Assembly: GCA_040905425.1 (NCBI GenBank)
Contig: JBBDRO010000053.1
Span: 9,173 to 37,046 of the forward strand
Origin: Gemmatimonadota bacterium
GTDB lineage: Bacteria; Gemmatimonadota; Gemmatimonadetes; Longimicrobiales; RSA9
Length of the DNA stretch: 27,874 bases
Direction: 5' to 3'
Part shown: piece after piece, positions 14,563-23,087 of the stretch
Layout of the letters: each line of letters starts with the position of its first letter
How positions within the stretch are numbered: the stretch's first letter is position 1
Made by a program: the position numbers and the translations under genes
Notes under the pieces: model-generated
Database searches by the model: none
Seen by the model: the letters and a program-made list of their open reading frames with translations, nothing else
What the model was told of the DNA's origin: nothing

Positions 14563-17500
14563 ATGACGCACCAGCCGTCTGTACTCGCACCCCCCGAAGA
14601 CGCCGCGCTCGCCGTGGTGGGGATCGGCGCGTCCGCCGGCGGGCTACGGGCGCTCCAGCAGTTCGTGGAAGCGGTGCCGACGGACAGCGGCCTGGCGTTC
14701 GTGGTGATCATGCACCTGGACCCCGAGCGTGAGAGCCGGATGAGCGAACTGCTTCAGGACCGGGCGGCCATTCCCGTGACACAGGTCAGCGTGGCTGTGG
14801 CGATAGAGGCAGACCACATCTACGTCATCCCGCCCGGACATGACCTGACCATGCGCAGGGGTGGTCTGGAGCTGCGGGAGCGTGGCGAGCGCTCCGCGCA
14901 CGCGCCGGTCGACCTGTTTTTCCGCACCCTGGCGGAGGCGTGCGGGGCCGACGCGGTCGGCGTCATCCTGTCGGGCACCGGGGCGGATGGCATGGCGGGC
15001 ATCCGCTACATCCGTGAGGCGGGCGGCATCACGGCCGCGCAGTCGCCCGACGAGGCCACCTACGATGGCATGCCGGCCAGCGCGATCTCAACGGGCCTCG
15101 TGGACGTGATACTCCCCTCGAGCCGCATCCCCGGTGAGTTGATCCGCCTGCGCCAGCGGCCGCCCGGGGTCGGGAACACCGTGGCACTCTCGGCCGAGGC
15201 GGAGGGGGATCTGGCGGGCGTGTTCACCGCCCTCAGGAACAGGACCGGCCACGACTTCAGCCTGTACAAGAGGTCTACGGTGCTCCGCCGGCTGGACCGG
15301 CGGCTGAGATTCAACGACGTGATCACCCTGGCGGAGTACCGACCGCTGCTGGAGGCGAGCGCCACGGAGTCGCAGGCACTGCTGCGTGACCTGCTCATCT
15401 CCGTGAGCAGCTTCTTCCGGGATCCCGATGCGTTCATGGAGCTGGCTGATCTCGTACCCTCCCTGTTCGAAGGGAAGGGTGCCGCCGATACGGTGCGTGT
15501 ATGGGTGGTAGGGTGCGCAACGGGAGAGGAGGTGTACTCCATTGCCATGGTGCTGGCGGAGCACGCGTCAACGCTCACCGATCCGCCGCGCCTGCAGCTC
15601 TTTGCCACGGACATCGACGAGCAGGGGTATACGTGGGCGCGCGCGGGGCTTTACTCCAGCGCCGCCGTGGCGGGCATCGAGCCGGCGTGGCTGGAGAAGT
15701 ACTTCACGCGTGAGGCGAACGGCTACCGCATCAAGAAGGCCATCCGCGAACTGGTGCTGTTCGCGGGCCACAACGTGCTGCATGACCCGCCGTTCTCCCG
15801 CATGGATCTGATCAGTTGCAGGAATTTCTTCATCTACCTGCAGCCGGAGGCTCAGGAGCGCGTGCTGGAGACGTTCCACTTCTCGACGAACCCGCAGGGC
15901 CTGCTCTTCCTGGGTGCCTCCGAGTCGCTGGGGGACAGCGGGCTCTTCGCGAGCATCGGGGGCGGCACGCAGCGCCTGTTCCGCCGCAACGCGGCACCGT
16001 ACCGGGTAATGCCACGGCTGTCGGCGGCGGACCCCCTGCCCGGTGCCGCGGGTGCCGCGGTCGACGCGGCGCCCGTCGCGACACCGGCGCGCCCGCGCCC
16101 GCAGTTCTCCTACGGCCCGCAGCACGTGCGCATGATCGAGCTGTACGCTCCCGCGAGCGTCATCGTGAACGAGCACCTGGACGCGGTACACCTGTCGCCG
16201 GGGGCCGGCCGATTCCTGCGCGCCGCCGGGGGTGAGCCGTCCCACAACGTGCTGCTGATGGTGACTGGAGAGTTGCGCAGCGCGCTGCGTACCGCGCTGC
16301 ATCACGCGTTCGTGAGCGGTGCTTCCATGACGCGGCAGGTGCGTTCGAACGTCGACGGCGGGCTGGGCGAAGTACGGGTCCACGTGCGGCCGGCCACCGA
16401 CGGCAACGACGCGGGGCGCTTCGCACTGGTGATCTTCGAGCCCACGGTCGCCGCGTCCGCCTCCGGATCCGCGTCCGCGTCCACGCCCGACGGAGAGCAG
16501 GGCTCGACTTCCACCGAGGCTGACCTCGAGGAGGAGCTGCGCCGCACCCGTGACCTGTTGGAGTCCACCACCGATGCGCACGACCGGACCGTGGCCGAGC
16601 TGCAGACGGTCAACGAGGAGCTCCAGTCGATCAACGAGGAGCAGAAGGCAGCGTCGGAGGAGCTGGAGACGGGCCGCGAGGAGATCCAGTCGATCAACGA
16701 AGAGTTGACCACGATCAACCAGGAGCACCAGGGCACCATCGAGGAGCTGAAGCGCACGAACGAGGACCTCCAGAACCTCATCGAATCCACCGAGATCGGC
16801 ACGGTATTCCTCGACCGCGCCATGCGCATCCGGCGTTTCACGCCCTCGGCGCGCGCGCTCTTCAACTTTGCCCCGACGGACCAGGGGCGCCCGCTTTCCG
16901 ACCTGACGCACCGGCTCAGTTACCCGGCGCTGCTGGAGGATGTGGCGTCCGTGCTGTCGTCGCTCGAGCGCATCGAGCGGGAAGTGCAGAGCCAGACGGG
17001 CGAGTTCTACATCATGCGCATCAGCCCGTACCACGCCCTCGACGGCAGCAGCGAGGGAGCCGTGCTCACCTTCATGGACAACACGGCGCAGCACCTTGCG
17101 CGCGAAGAGCTCGAGACTGCCAGAGGCGCGGCGGAGACCGCCAACCTGGCCAAGGGTACGTTCCTGGGCACGCTGTCCCACGAGTTCCGCACGCCATTGA
17201 ACGGCATTCTCGGCTACGCCGACCTGCTCCTGCTCCCGGAGGATCTCACCCCCCCGCAGGAGCAGAAGGTGGAGCGGATCAAGGCGGGCGGCTGGCACCT
17301 TGCCGCCATGATCGACCAGATCCTGAGCTTCGCCAAGCTCGACGGCGGTCACGAGGAGGTGGTGACGGAGCCAATGGATGCGCGCGCGATCGCGACCGAG
17401 GCCGCGGTGCTCATCCAACCGGCGGCGGATGCCAAAGCGCTCGCCTTCGTCGTTGACCTGCCGCCCGAAGCGGTGCCCATGGTCACCGATCCCGGCAAGG

Positions 17501-17832
17501 CCCGGCAGATCCTCATCAATCTGTGCGGCAACGCGGTGAAATACACGCAGACGGGTGAGGTGCGCATGCGCGTGCGCAAGGAGCCGAGCGGCGTGTGCTT
17601 CGAGGTCAGCGACACCGGTATCGGCATCGCCGCCGACCACCTGGCCCTGATTTTCGAGCGGTTCTGGCAGGTGGACGGCGGGGCCACGCGCGCTGCGGGC
17701 GGCATGGGGATCGGGCTGGCCGCGGCGCGCGAATACGCACTGCTGCTGGGCGGTGACATTCAGGTGGAGAGCACACCCGGCGCGGGTGCGACCTTCACGC
17801 TGAGGCTCCCCGCGGACTACGAGTCCAGTTAG
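14563..17832 (+). CDS. CheB-CheR-PAS-coiled coil-PAS-histidine kinase fusion (MAC1-type methyl-accepting coiled-coil protein)
   Basis: CheB triad motifs GASAGG, MHL, SGTGADG. CheR motifs SSFFRD, VWVVGCATGEEVYS, ATDID, DLISCRN. EELQSINEE heptads, PAS (FLDRAMRIRRFTP), H-box LSHEFRTPLN, NAVKYT, DTGIGI, GMGIGL. Start ATG 14563; the ORF-track start lies inside the operator. Confidence 0.93.
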   Translation: MTHQPSVLAPPEDAALAVVGIGASAGGLRALQQFVEAVPTDSGLAFVVIMHLDPERESRMSELLQDRAAIPVTQVSVAVAIEADHIYVIPPGHDLTMRRGGLELRERGERSAHAPVDLFFRTLAEACGADAVGVILSGTGADGMAGIRYIREAGGITAAQSPDEATYDGMPASAISTGLVDVILPSSRIPGELIRLRQRPPGVGNTVALSAEAEGDLAGVFTALRNRTGHDFSLYKRSTVLRRLDRRLRFNDVITLAEYRPLLEASATESQALLRDLLISVSSFFRDPDAFMELADLVPSLFEGKGAADTVRVWVVGCATGEEVYSIAMVLAEHASTLTDPPRLQLFATDIDEQGYTWARAGLYSSAAVAGIEPAWLEKYFTREANGYRIKKAIRELVLFAGHNVLHDPPFSRMDLISCRNFFIYLQPEAQERVLETFHFSTNPQGLLFLGASESLGDSGLFASIGGGTQRLFRRNAAPYRVMPRLSAADPLPGAAGAAVDAAPVATPARPRPQFSYGPQHVRMIELYAPASVIVNEHLDAVHLSPGAGRFLRAAGGEPSHNVLLMVTGELRSALRTALHHAFVSGASMTRQVRSNVDGGLGEVRVHVRPATDGNDAGRFALVIFEPTVAASASGSASASTPDGEQGSTSTEADLEEELRRTRDLLESTTDAHDRTVAELQTVNEELQSINEEQKAASEELETGREEIQSINEELTTINQEHQGTIEELKRTNEDLQNLIESTEIGTVFLDRAMRIRRFTPSARALFNFAPTDQGRPLSDLTHRLSYPALLEDVASVLSSLERIEREVQSQTGEFYIMRISPYHALDGSSEGAVLTFMDNTAQHLAREELETARGAAETANLAKGTFLGTLSHEFRTPLNGILGYADLLLLPEDLTPPQEQKVERIKAGGWHLAAMIDQILSFAKLDGGHEEVVTEPMDARAIATEAAVLIQPAADAKALAFVVDLPPEAVPMVTDPGKARQILINLCGNAVKYTQTGEVRMRVRKEPSGVCFEVSDTGIGIAADHLALIFERFWQVDGGATRAAGGMGIGLAAAREYALLLGGDIQVESTPGAGATFTLRLPADYESS
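16453..16482 (+). repeat. Five degenerate 6-bp units (GCGTCC-like) encoding an ASASGSASAS linker
   Basis: gcgtcc gcctcc ggatcc gcgtcc gcgtcc, located just before the coiled coil. Confidence 0.6.
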
Positions 17833-19053
17833 ATGCTGGTCGACAGCACGGCGGCCACGCCAGCGCGTGCCGCAGCGCGGGTGGAGCACGCAGCCATTGT
17901 CATCGAGCTGTCGGGCGACTGGCAGCTGGAAGACGGCTCGCCGCGCTTCACGCAGGTGCTCGATTCTTCGGCGGGGGAGCTCGATTCTTCGGCGGGGGAA
18001 CTCGAACCTGCGGGGGCGGAGCGCAAACCGCCAGGAGCGGAGCTCGACCCGCCGGGTGCGGTGCGCGAGCTGGGCTTCGAGGCGGGGGCGCTCGGTGCGT
18101 GGGACAGCAGCCTGCTGATCTTCCTGCTCCAGGCGCGCGACCACTGCGAGGCGGGCGGCCTCCGCTTCGACACCGGTGGACTGCCGGACCCCGTTACCCG
18201 GCTGCTGGAACTCGCGCGCGCGGTCCCGGATCGGGCCGTGGTCCCCGACCCCGCACACGCCTCGCGCGTGGAGCGCCTCGGCGCCGCCGGACTGTCGACG
18301 TGGGACGCGGCGATGGACGCCGTGACGTTCACCGGTCAGGTAACCGACAGCGTGATCCGGCTGCTGCTTCGTCGTACGCGGATGAGGTGGCGCGAGTTCT
18401 GGGTCGTCGTGCAGTCGAACAGCTCCGGTGCGCTCGGGATTGTCACGCTCATCGCGTTGCTCATGGGCGTCATCATCGCCTTCCTGGGCGTGGTGGTACT
18501 GAAACGCTTCGGCGCCGGCTACTACGTGTCCTACCTGGTCGGCTACGGCATGCTGCGAGAGATGGGCGCCCTCATGACCGGCATCATCATGGCCGGCCGC
18601 ACGGGCGCCGCGTTCGCCGCCGAACTCGGCAGCATGAAGATCACGGAGGAAATCGACGCCTACACCACGCTCGGTGTCTCGCCCGTGGATCACCTCGTGA
18701 TGCCGCGCTTGCTCGGGCTCTTCGTGATGATGCCGCTCCTCGTGATCTACGCCGACGTCGTGGGAATCGCCGGCGGCATGATGGTGGCCGTGACCCTGCT
18801 GGATCTGACCTCCACCCAGTTCATCGGTGGGCTGCTCTCGGCGGTGACGCTCTCCGACGCGCTGCTCGGCGTATTCAAAGCGTCGATTTTCGGCGTCATC
18901 ATCGGCCTTTCAGGCTGTATGAAAGGGATGCAGACCGGTTCGGACGCCGGTGCCGTCGGCCGCTCCGCCACCAACGCCGTGGTCATGGGAATCACCCTGA
19001 TCATCCTGGCCAACGCCGTCGTGGACTGGCTCGCGGCGCTGCTGCAGATATGA
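17833..19053 (+). CDS. mlaE: MlaE-family ABC permease with N-terminal STAS-like region
   Basis: LREMGALMTGIIMAGRTGAAFAAELGSMKITEEIDA..LG..P..LVMPR, VGRSATNAVV. N-terminal IELSGDW...GAWDSS is STAS-like. Confidence 0.92.
   Translation: MLVDSTAATPARAAARVEHAAIVIELSGDWQLEDGSPRFTQVLDSSAGELDSSAGELEPAGAERKPPGAELDPPGAVRELGFEAGALGAWDSSLLIFLLQARDHCEAGGLRFDTGGLPDPVTRLLELARAVPDRAVVPDPAHASRVERLGAAGLSTWDAAMDAVTFTGQVTDSVIRLLLRRTRMRWREFWVVVQSNSSGALGIVTLIALLMGVIIAFLGVVVLKRFGAGYYVSYLVGYGMLREMGALMTGIIMAGRTGAAFAAELGSMKITEEIDAYTTLGVSPVDHLVMPRLLGLFVMMPLLVIYADVVGIAGGMMVAVTLLDLTSTQFIGGLLSAVTLSDALLGVFKASIFGVIIGLSGCMKGMQTGSDAGAVGRSATNAVVMGITLIILANAVVDWLAALLQI
17959..18063 (+). repeat. In-frame 21-bp tandem repeat, 5 degenerate copies
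   Basis: ctcgattcttcggcgggggag / ctcgattcttcggcgggggaa / ctcgaacctgcgggggcggag / cgcaaaccgccaggagcggag / ctcgacccgccgggtgcggtg = LDSSAGE LDSSAGE LEPAGAE RKPPGAE LDPPGAV. Confidence 0.85.
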
Positions 19054-19841
19054 CCCACGCAGTGCCGGATGCGCCCGCGGCGCTGGCCGTCCCGGCCGTA
19101 GAGGTCCGCAACCTCACCATGCGCTACGACTCGCTACTCATCATGGAGGAGTTGAGCTTCTCCGTGGCGCGCGGCGAAGTGTTCGTGATCATGGGGGGCA
19201 GTGGCAGCGGCAAGAGTACGCTCCTCAAGCACCTCATCGGGCTGAAGCAGCCCGCCGAGGGGGAGATCTTCTTCGACGGCGCGGACTTCGGTGGTGCCGA
19301 CGACGCCGCGCGCCGCGCCATCATGCCCCGCATGGGCGTGCTGTACCAGAACGGCGCGCTGTGGAGCGGCCTGACGCTGGCGGAGAACGTTGCGCTGCCA
19401 CTGACGGAGTTCACGGCGTTGGAGGTCGGAGCCATCGACGAGGTCGTGGCGCTGAAACTCGGGCTCGTGGGACTCCGCGGCTTCGAAGGGTTCTACCCGT
19501 CGGCGATAAGCGGTGGCATGCGCAAGCGCGCGGCGCTGGCGCGCGCCATCGCGCTGGATCCCGACGTGCTGTACTTCGATGAGCCCTCCTCGGGGCTGGA
19601 TCCCATCAGCGCGAGCCGGCTGGATGACCTGATCCTGGAGCTGAAGGCCAGCTTCGGCACCACCATCGTGGTCGTAACGCACGACCTCGAAAGCATTTTC
19701 AGGATCGCCGACCGCGCGCTCTTCCTGGACATCACGACCAAGACCATGACCGCGCTCGGCAGCCCCGCGGCGCTGCGGGAGGATCCGCCGAACGAGCAGG
19801 TGCACCGATTCCTGACCCGCAGCAGTGAAGGACAGCCATGA
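19050..19841 (+). CDS. mlaF: MlaF-family ABC ATP-binding protein
   Basis: ATG 19050 overlaps the mlaE stop (ATGA). Walker A GGSGSGKST, Q-loop LYQNGAL, signature ISGGMRKR, Walker B YFDEP, VVVTHD. The ORF-track extension back to 18099 is spurious. Confidence 0.93.
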   Translation: MTHAVPDAPAALAVPAVEVRNLTMRYDSLLIMEELSFSVARGEVFVIMGGSGSGKSTLLKHLIGLKQPAEGEIFFDGADFGGADDAARRAIMPRMGVLYQNGALWSGLTLAENVALPLTEFTALEVGAIDEVVALKLGLVGLRGFEGFYPSAISGGMRKRAALARAIALDPDVLYFDEPSSGLDPISASRLDDLILELKASFGTTIVVVTHDLESIFRIADRALFLDITTKTMTALGSPAALREDPPNEQVHRFLTRSSEGQP

Positions 19842-20824
19842 GCGCACGCGCAAATCCCAGAGCCATAGGTTTGTTTCTGATCGGCGGCATCATCCTGGCT
19901 CTCGGCGGGACGGCCGTGCTCGCGTCGACGGCCTGGTTCGAGAGGCGGACCACGTTCATCAGCTTCTTCCAGGAGTCGGCCAATGGCCTGGAGACGGGCG
20001 CACCGGTGAAATTCCAGGGCGTGCCGGTGGGCACGGTGACGGACCTCCTCATCCAGATCAATCAGGATGACAAAACGTTCCAGGTGCCGGTGAAGTACGA
20101 GGTCGACCTGACGCGGCTCACCACACAACGCGGCACCTACGTGAATCTGGCCAACCCGACCGTCCTGCGGCAGCAGATCGTGGATGGGCTGCGCGCGGAG
20201 ATGCAGCTGGAGAGCATCGTCACCGGACAGCTCTACATCGAGCTGAGCTACAAATCAGATCCGCCGCCTGCGGAGCTCGAGAGGCATGCGGCGGCCTGGC
20301 CCGAGATTCCGACCACGCCATCGCTCATGGCGGCGCTCGGCACCGGTGCGGGCAGCCTCGTGGCCGACATGCTGAAGGTCCTCTTTCAGGTCAATCAGAT
20401 GCTCACGGAAGTGGACATGCCGGGCATCAATGCCGCGGTCGTGTCCTCGGCGCAGGCGGTGGAGCGGCTGATGAACTCGCCGGAGATCATGGCCGCGGTG
20501 GAGCAGGTGCCGGTCATGGCGGTGCAGGTGAACCGCACCATGGAGGGCCTGGAGGTGCTCGCCACGAACGCGGGCGCGGCCATCGATCCCTTCCAGCGCC
20601 AGGTGGACGCCGCGTCGGCCGAGCTCATCACCACGCTGGAGACGCTGCGGAGGACGCTGGAGGACACGCACGGGCTGCTCTCCACGGACTCGGGCGTCGG
20701 CTACGGACTGCAGGAGACGCTGGCCAGCCTCAAGGAGGCGGCGGACGCGCTCAGCCTGCTCGCCACGTCACTGGAGCAGAACTCGGACATGCTGCTGCGC
20801 GGCAAGAAGCCGCCGGGGAAATGA
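19838..20824 (+). CDS. mlaD: MlaD/MCE-domain protein
   Basis: N-terminal TM (IGLFLIGG..), FQESANGLETGAPVKFQGVPVGTV, GLRAEM..ESIVTGQLYIEL, EIPTTPS, helical C-terminus ending LEQNSDMLLRGK. ATGA overlaps at both ends. Confidence 0.92.
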   Translation: MSARANPRAIGLFLIGGIILALGGTAVLASTAWFERRTTFISFFQESANGLETGAPVKFQGVPVGTVTDLLIQINQDDKTFQVPVKYEVDLTRLTTQRGTYVNLANPTVLRQQIVDGLRAEMQLESIVTGQLYIELSYKSDPPPAELERHAAAWPEIPTTPSLMAALGTGAGSLVADMLKVLFQVNQMLTEVDMPGINAAVVSSAQAVERLMNSPEIMAAVEQVPVMAVQVNRTMEGLEVLATNAGAAIDPFQRQVDAASAELITTLETLRRTLEDTHGLLSTDSGVGYGLQETLASLKEAADALSLLATSLEQNSDMLLRGKKPPGK

Positions 20825-21513
20825 CCATGCGCACGACAATATTGGCCGTCATCTCCATCCTGTTCGCGGCGACCGGGTGCGTGAGCCTCGGCCGCGACAC
20901 GCCGCCCCTCGAGCAGTACGTACTCGGCAGCACGCCGCCGGCCGCGGAAGCAGCATCGGCAAATGCCTCCGGCGTGGCGGTCGGGCTGCGGCGGTTGGAC
21001 CTCACGCCGTACCTGGCTTCGCCATCGATCGTGGTGCGCCGCGGCGTCAACCAGATCACCGTCTCGGAGTATCACCGATGGGGTGAGGATCCTGTGGCGG
21101 GGATCAACCGGGCGGTTGCGCGATACCTCCGCGCGGCACCGCAGGTGCGCGCCGTCGATGTGGCGCCATGGGCGGTCCGCTCACCGCACGATTTCGTCGT
21201 GCAGCTCCACGTCTCGCGCTTCGAGGGCGCGGCCCCGGCTGATTCGCTGGCGGTGGAGGGTGAGGCGCACCTGCTGGCGAGCTGGGAAATCCACCGGCCG
21301 CGGGACGGCGGCCTGCTGGCACGCGGTACCATTGACTACCGAGCTGAGGGCTGGCCCCTGGGAGACTACCCGGCGCTCGTCACGCTCCTGGACGGGGGGC
21401 TGAGCCGCATGGCCAGCCAGATTGCTGCGTGCATGGCGCGTGTCGGCCCCGCCGCTGATCTGACATCTCCGCAAGCAGCGGCAGCGACGGCGCTACCACT
21501 GGCGTGCACGTAG
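20821..21513 (+). CDS. pqiC: PqiC-family (ABC-type transport auxiliary) lipoprotein
   Basis: Signal peptide with lipobox ATGC; PYL..PSIV, HRWGE, V.RFEG, L.ASW. Fourth gene of the mlaEFD cluster. Confidence 0.85.
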   Translation: MTMRTTILAVISILFAATGCVSLGRDTPPLEQYVLGSTPPAAEAASANASGVAVGLRRLDLTPYLASPSIVVRRGVNQITVSEYHRWGEDPVAGINRAVARYLRAAPQVRAVDVAPWAVRSPHDFVVQLHVSRFEGAAPADSLAVEGEAHLLASWEIHRPRDGGLLARGTIDYRAEGWPLGDYPALVTLLDGGLSRMASQIAACMARVGPAADLTSPQAAAATALPLACT

Positions 21514-21612
21514 GACGCGGCCATGCCAGCCCGGTGAACTGACCACTGCCCGAACCTGCGACTCAACGTTCACGCAGCGGCCGCCGGGACGGACGGGCCC
21601 GGAGGCGCGGCG

Positions 21613-22791
21613 CTATTCCTGCCGCGGCAGATGAACCGTGAACGTGGTACCGGCCGAGTCGGACGATGCCACCTCGATCCTGCCGCCGTGCGCGCTTACG
21701 ATGCGCTCGGCAATGTAGAGCCCCAGGCCCAGGTGCGACGACGCGCCAGCTGCCCGGCCGCCGCGCGTCTGCCGTCGCTTCATCGGGTCGAAGATCCTGC
21801 TCACCATGGTGGGGGAGATCGGCACACCATGATTGTGGACCGTGATCGCGAGCTCCCTCTTCAGCCCCTCCAGCGAGACCGAGACCGGCCTGTCCGACGC
21901 CCCGTGCTCCAGCGCGTTGCCGACCAGGTTCGTCATGACCTGGGTCAGGCGTGCCTCGTCCCAGCGGCCGCGCACGTCACCCGCCACGTCCACCTCGATG
22001 GTGCGCTCCCCGTGCACCGCCGCCAGTTCGCTCACTACCTCCCGCACCACCGTTTCCGCGTTCATCCAGGCGGCGTCGATGGGAATACCACCGCCGAGCC
22101 GGCTACGTGTGAGGTCCAGCAGGTCACCGACCATGCTCTCCATGCGCCGCGAGCTGCTCGCGATGCGGGAGGTGAGCGTCAGGTGCGGCTCCTCCAGCTC
22201 TTCCGTCTCGAGCATGAAGGTGGAAGAGGTGATGATCGCGCCCAGCGGCGTACGCAGGTCATGGCCGAGGATGGCTATGAACATTTCCCTGGACTCGTTC
22301 AGATCCGCCGTGTAGCGGGCCACCGACTCGGCGAGCGCCTGATCGATGGCCTCATTGAAGCGCGTCATGTCCTCGATGTCCGTATCCTCGAGCGTCTCGC
22401 GCTTGCCGGCCCAGAGGCGGAGCACACTGGCACGCAGAGCGCGGTACTCCGATGCCATCTCGTCGATGCTGAAGCCACGCTCGGCGCGGTCCGCGCCGTG
22501 CTCTTCCGCCGCGGTCGCGGGATCGGAGGCATCGTCGGGCGCCTCACCAACGGCTTTCTGATGTTGCTCACGGTCGGTCTGCGGTGTCTCCAGGTCCGTG
22601 GCGATCACCGAGAGCATCTCGCTCGCGTGGTCACGCAGCGCCTCGATGTCCATCGTTTCCGTGATCGGACCCAGCCGCCGCGCGAACGTCTCCCATTCGG
22701 CCAGAATCGGTTCGCGCTGCTCGTTGAGGAATTCGGATAGACGCAAAGGAACACCAGGGTAGCAGTTGAGAAGGAATGGAGGCACCTGCAT
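21613..22791 (-). CDS. Soluble histidine kinase with RsbRD_N-like N-terminal domain
   Basis: RLSEFL...EPILAEWETFAR, LRDH, HGADRAERGF..DEMASEYRALRASVLRLW, RFNEAIDQALAES. H-box ILGHDLRTPL, NLVGNALEHG, HLGLGLYI. Start ATG 22791 (GGAGG upstream) or TTG 22746. Confidence 0.9.
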   Translation of the reverse strand: MQVPPFLLNCYPGVPLRLSEFLNEQREPILAEWETFARRLGPITETMDIEALRDHASEMLSVIATDLETPQTDREQHQKAVGEAPDDASDPATAAEEHGADRAERGFSIDEMASEYRALRASVLRLWAGKRETLEDTDIEDMTRFNEAIDQALAESVARYTADLNESREMFIAILGHDLRTPLGAIITSSTFMLETEELEEPHLTLTSRIASSSRRMESMVGDLLDLTRSRLGGGIPIDAAWMNAETVVREVVSELAAVHGERTIEVDVAGDVRGRWDEARLTQVMTNLVGNALEHGASDRPVSVSLEGLKRELAITVHNHGVPISPTMVSRIFDPMKRRQTRGGRAAGASSHLGLGLYIAERIVSAHGGRIEVASSDSAGTTFTVHLPRQE

Positions 22792-23087
22792 GGCACCGGG
22801 CTCCTCCCGAGTAGGATGGTACCCCACAGCCGCCGCTGTGGCTCACAAGCGGTCCCGCGCCGCCACGCCCGCCGCTACTCGCGGCAGCCCGACATGCCGA
22901 GCGCCCTGGGTGATTTTCGGGGACGGGGAGTGCCTGTGCCACCCGCTGAGCGGCTCCTTCCCCCGCCCGCCGGCCGGAGTTACCCTGATCTTTACCGGTT
23001 GTCGCACCAATCACCCAACCCGAGAAGCAGAAGCAATGAAGTTCCTTCCTGTACAGCGCTCGTGCTCGTACGGCGAGTGACCCCACG

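Noticed and set aside
14563..17832. Flagellar chemotaxis cluster
   Set aside because: There are no cheA, cheW or MCP genes; CheB and CheR are fused to a class I histidine kinase.
17959..18063. Possible CRISPR or mini-array
   Set aside because: The repeats are contiguous with no spacers, in frame within a CDS, and there are no cas genes.
15568..18693. 1041-aa antisense ORF
   Set aside because: It mirrors the cheBR-kinase and mlaE frames, which are in phase with each other. No recognisable motifs; a typical high-GC shadow ORF.
18099..19049. Apparent 580-aa ABC ATPase with a long N-terminus
   Set aside because: The extension is an alternative frame inside mlaE. ATG 19050 with an ATGA overlap is the sensible start.
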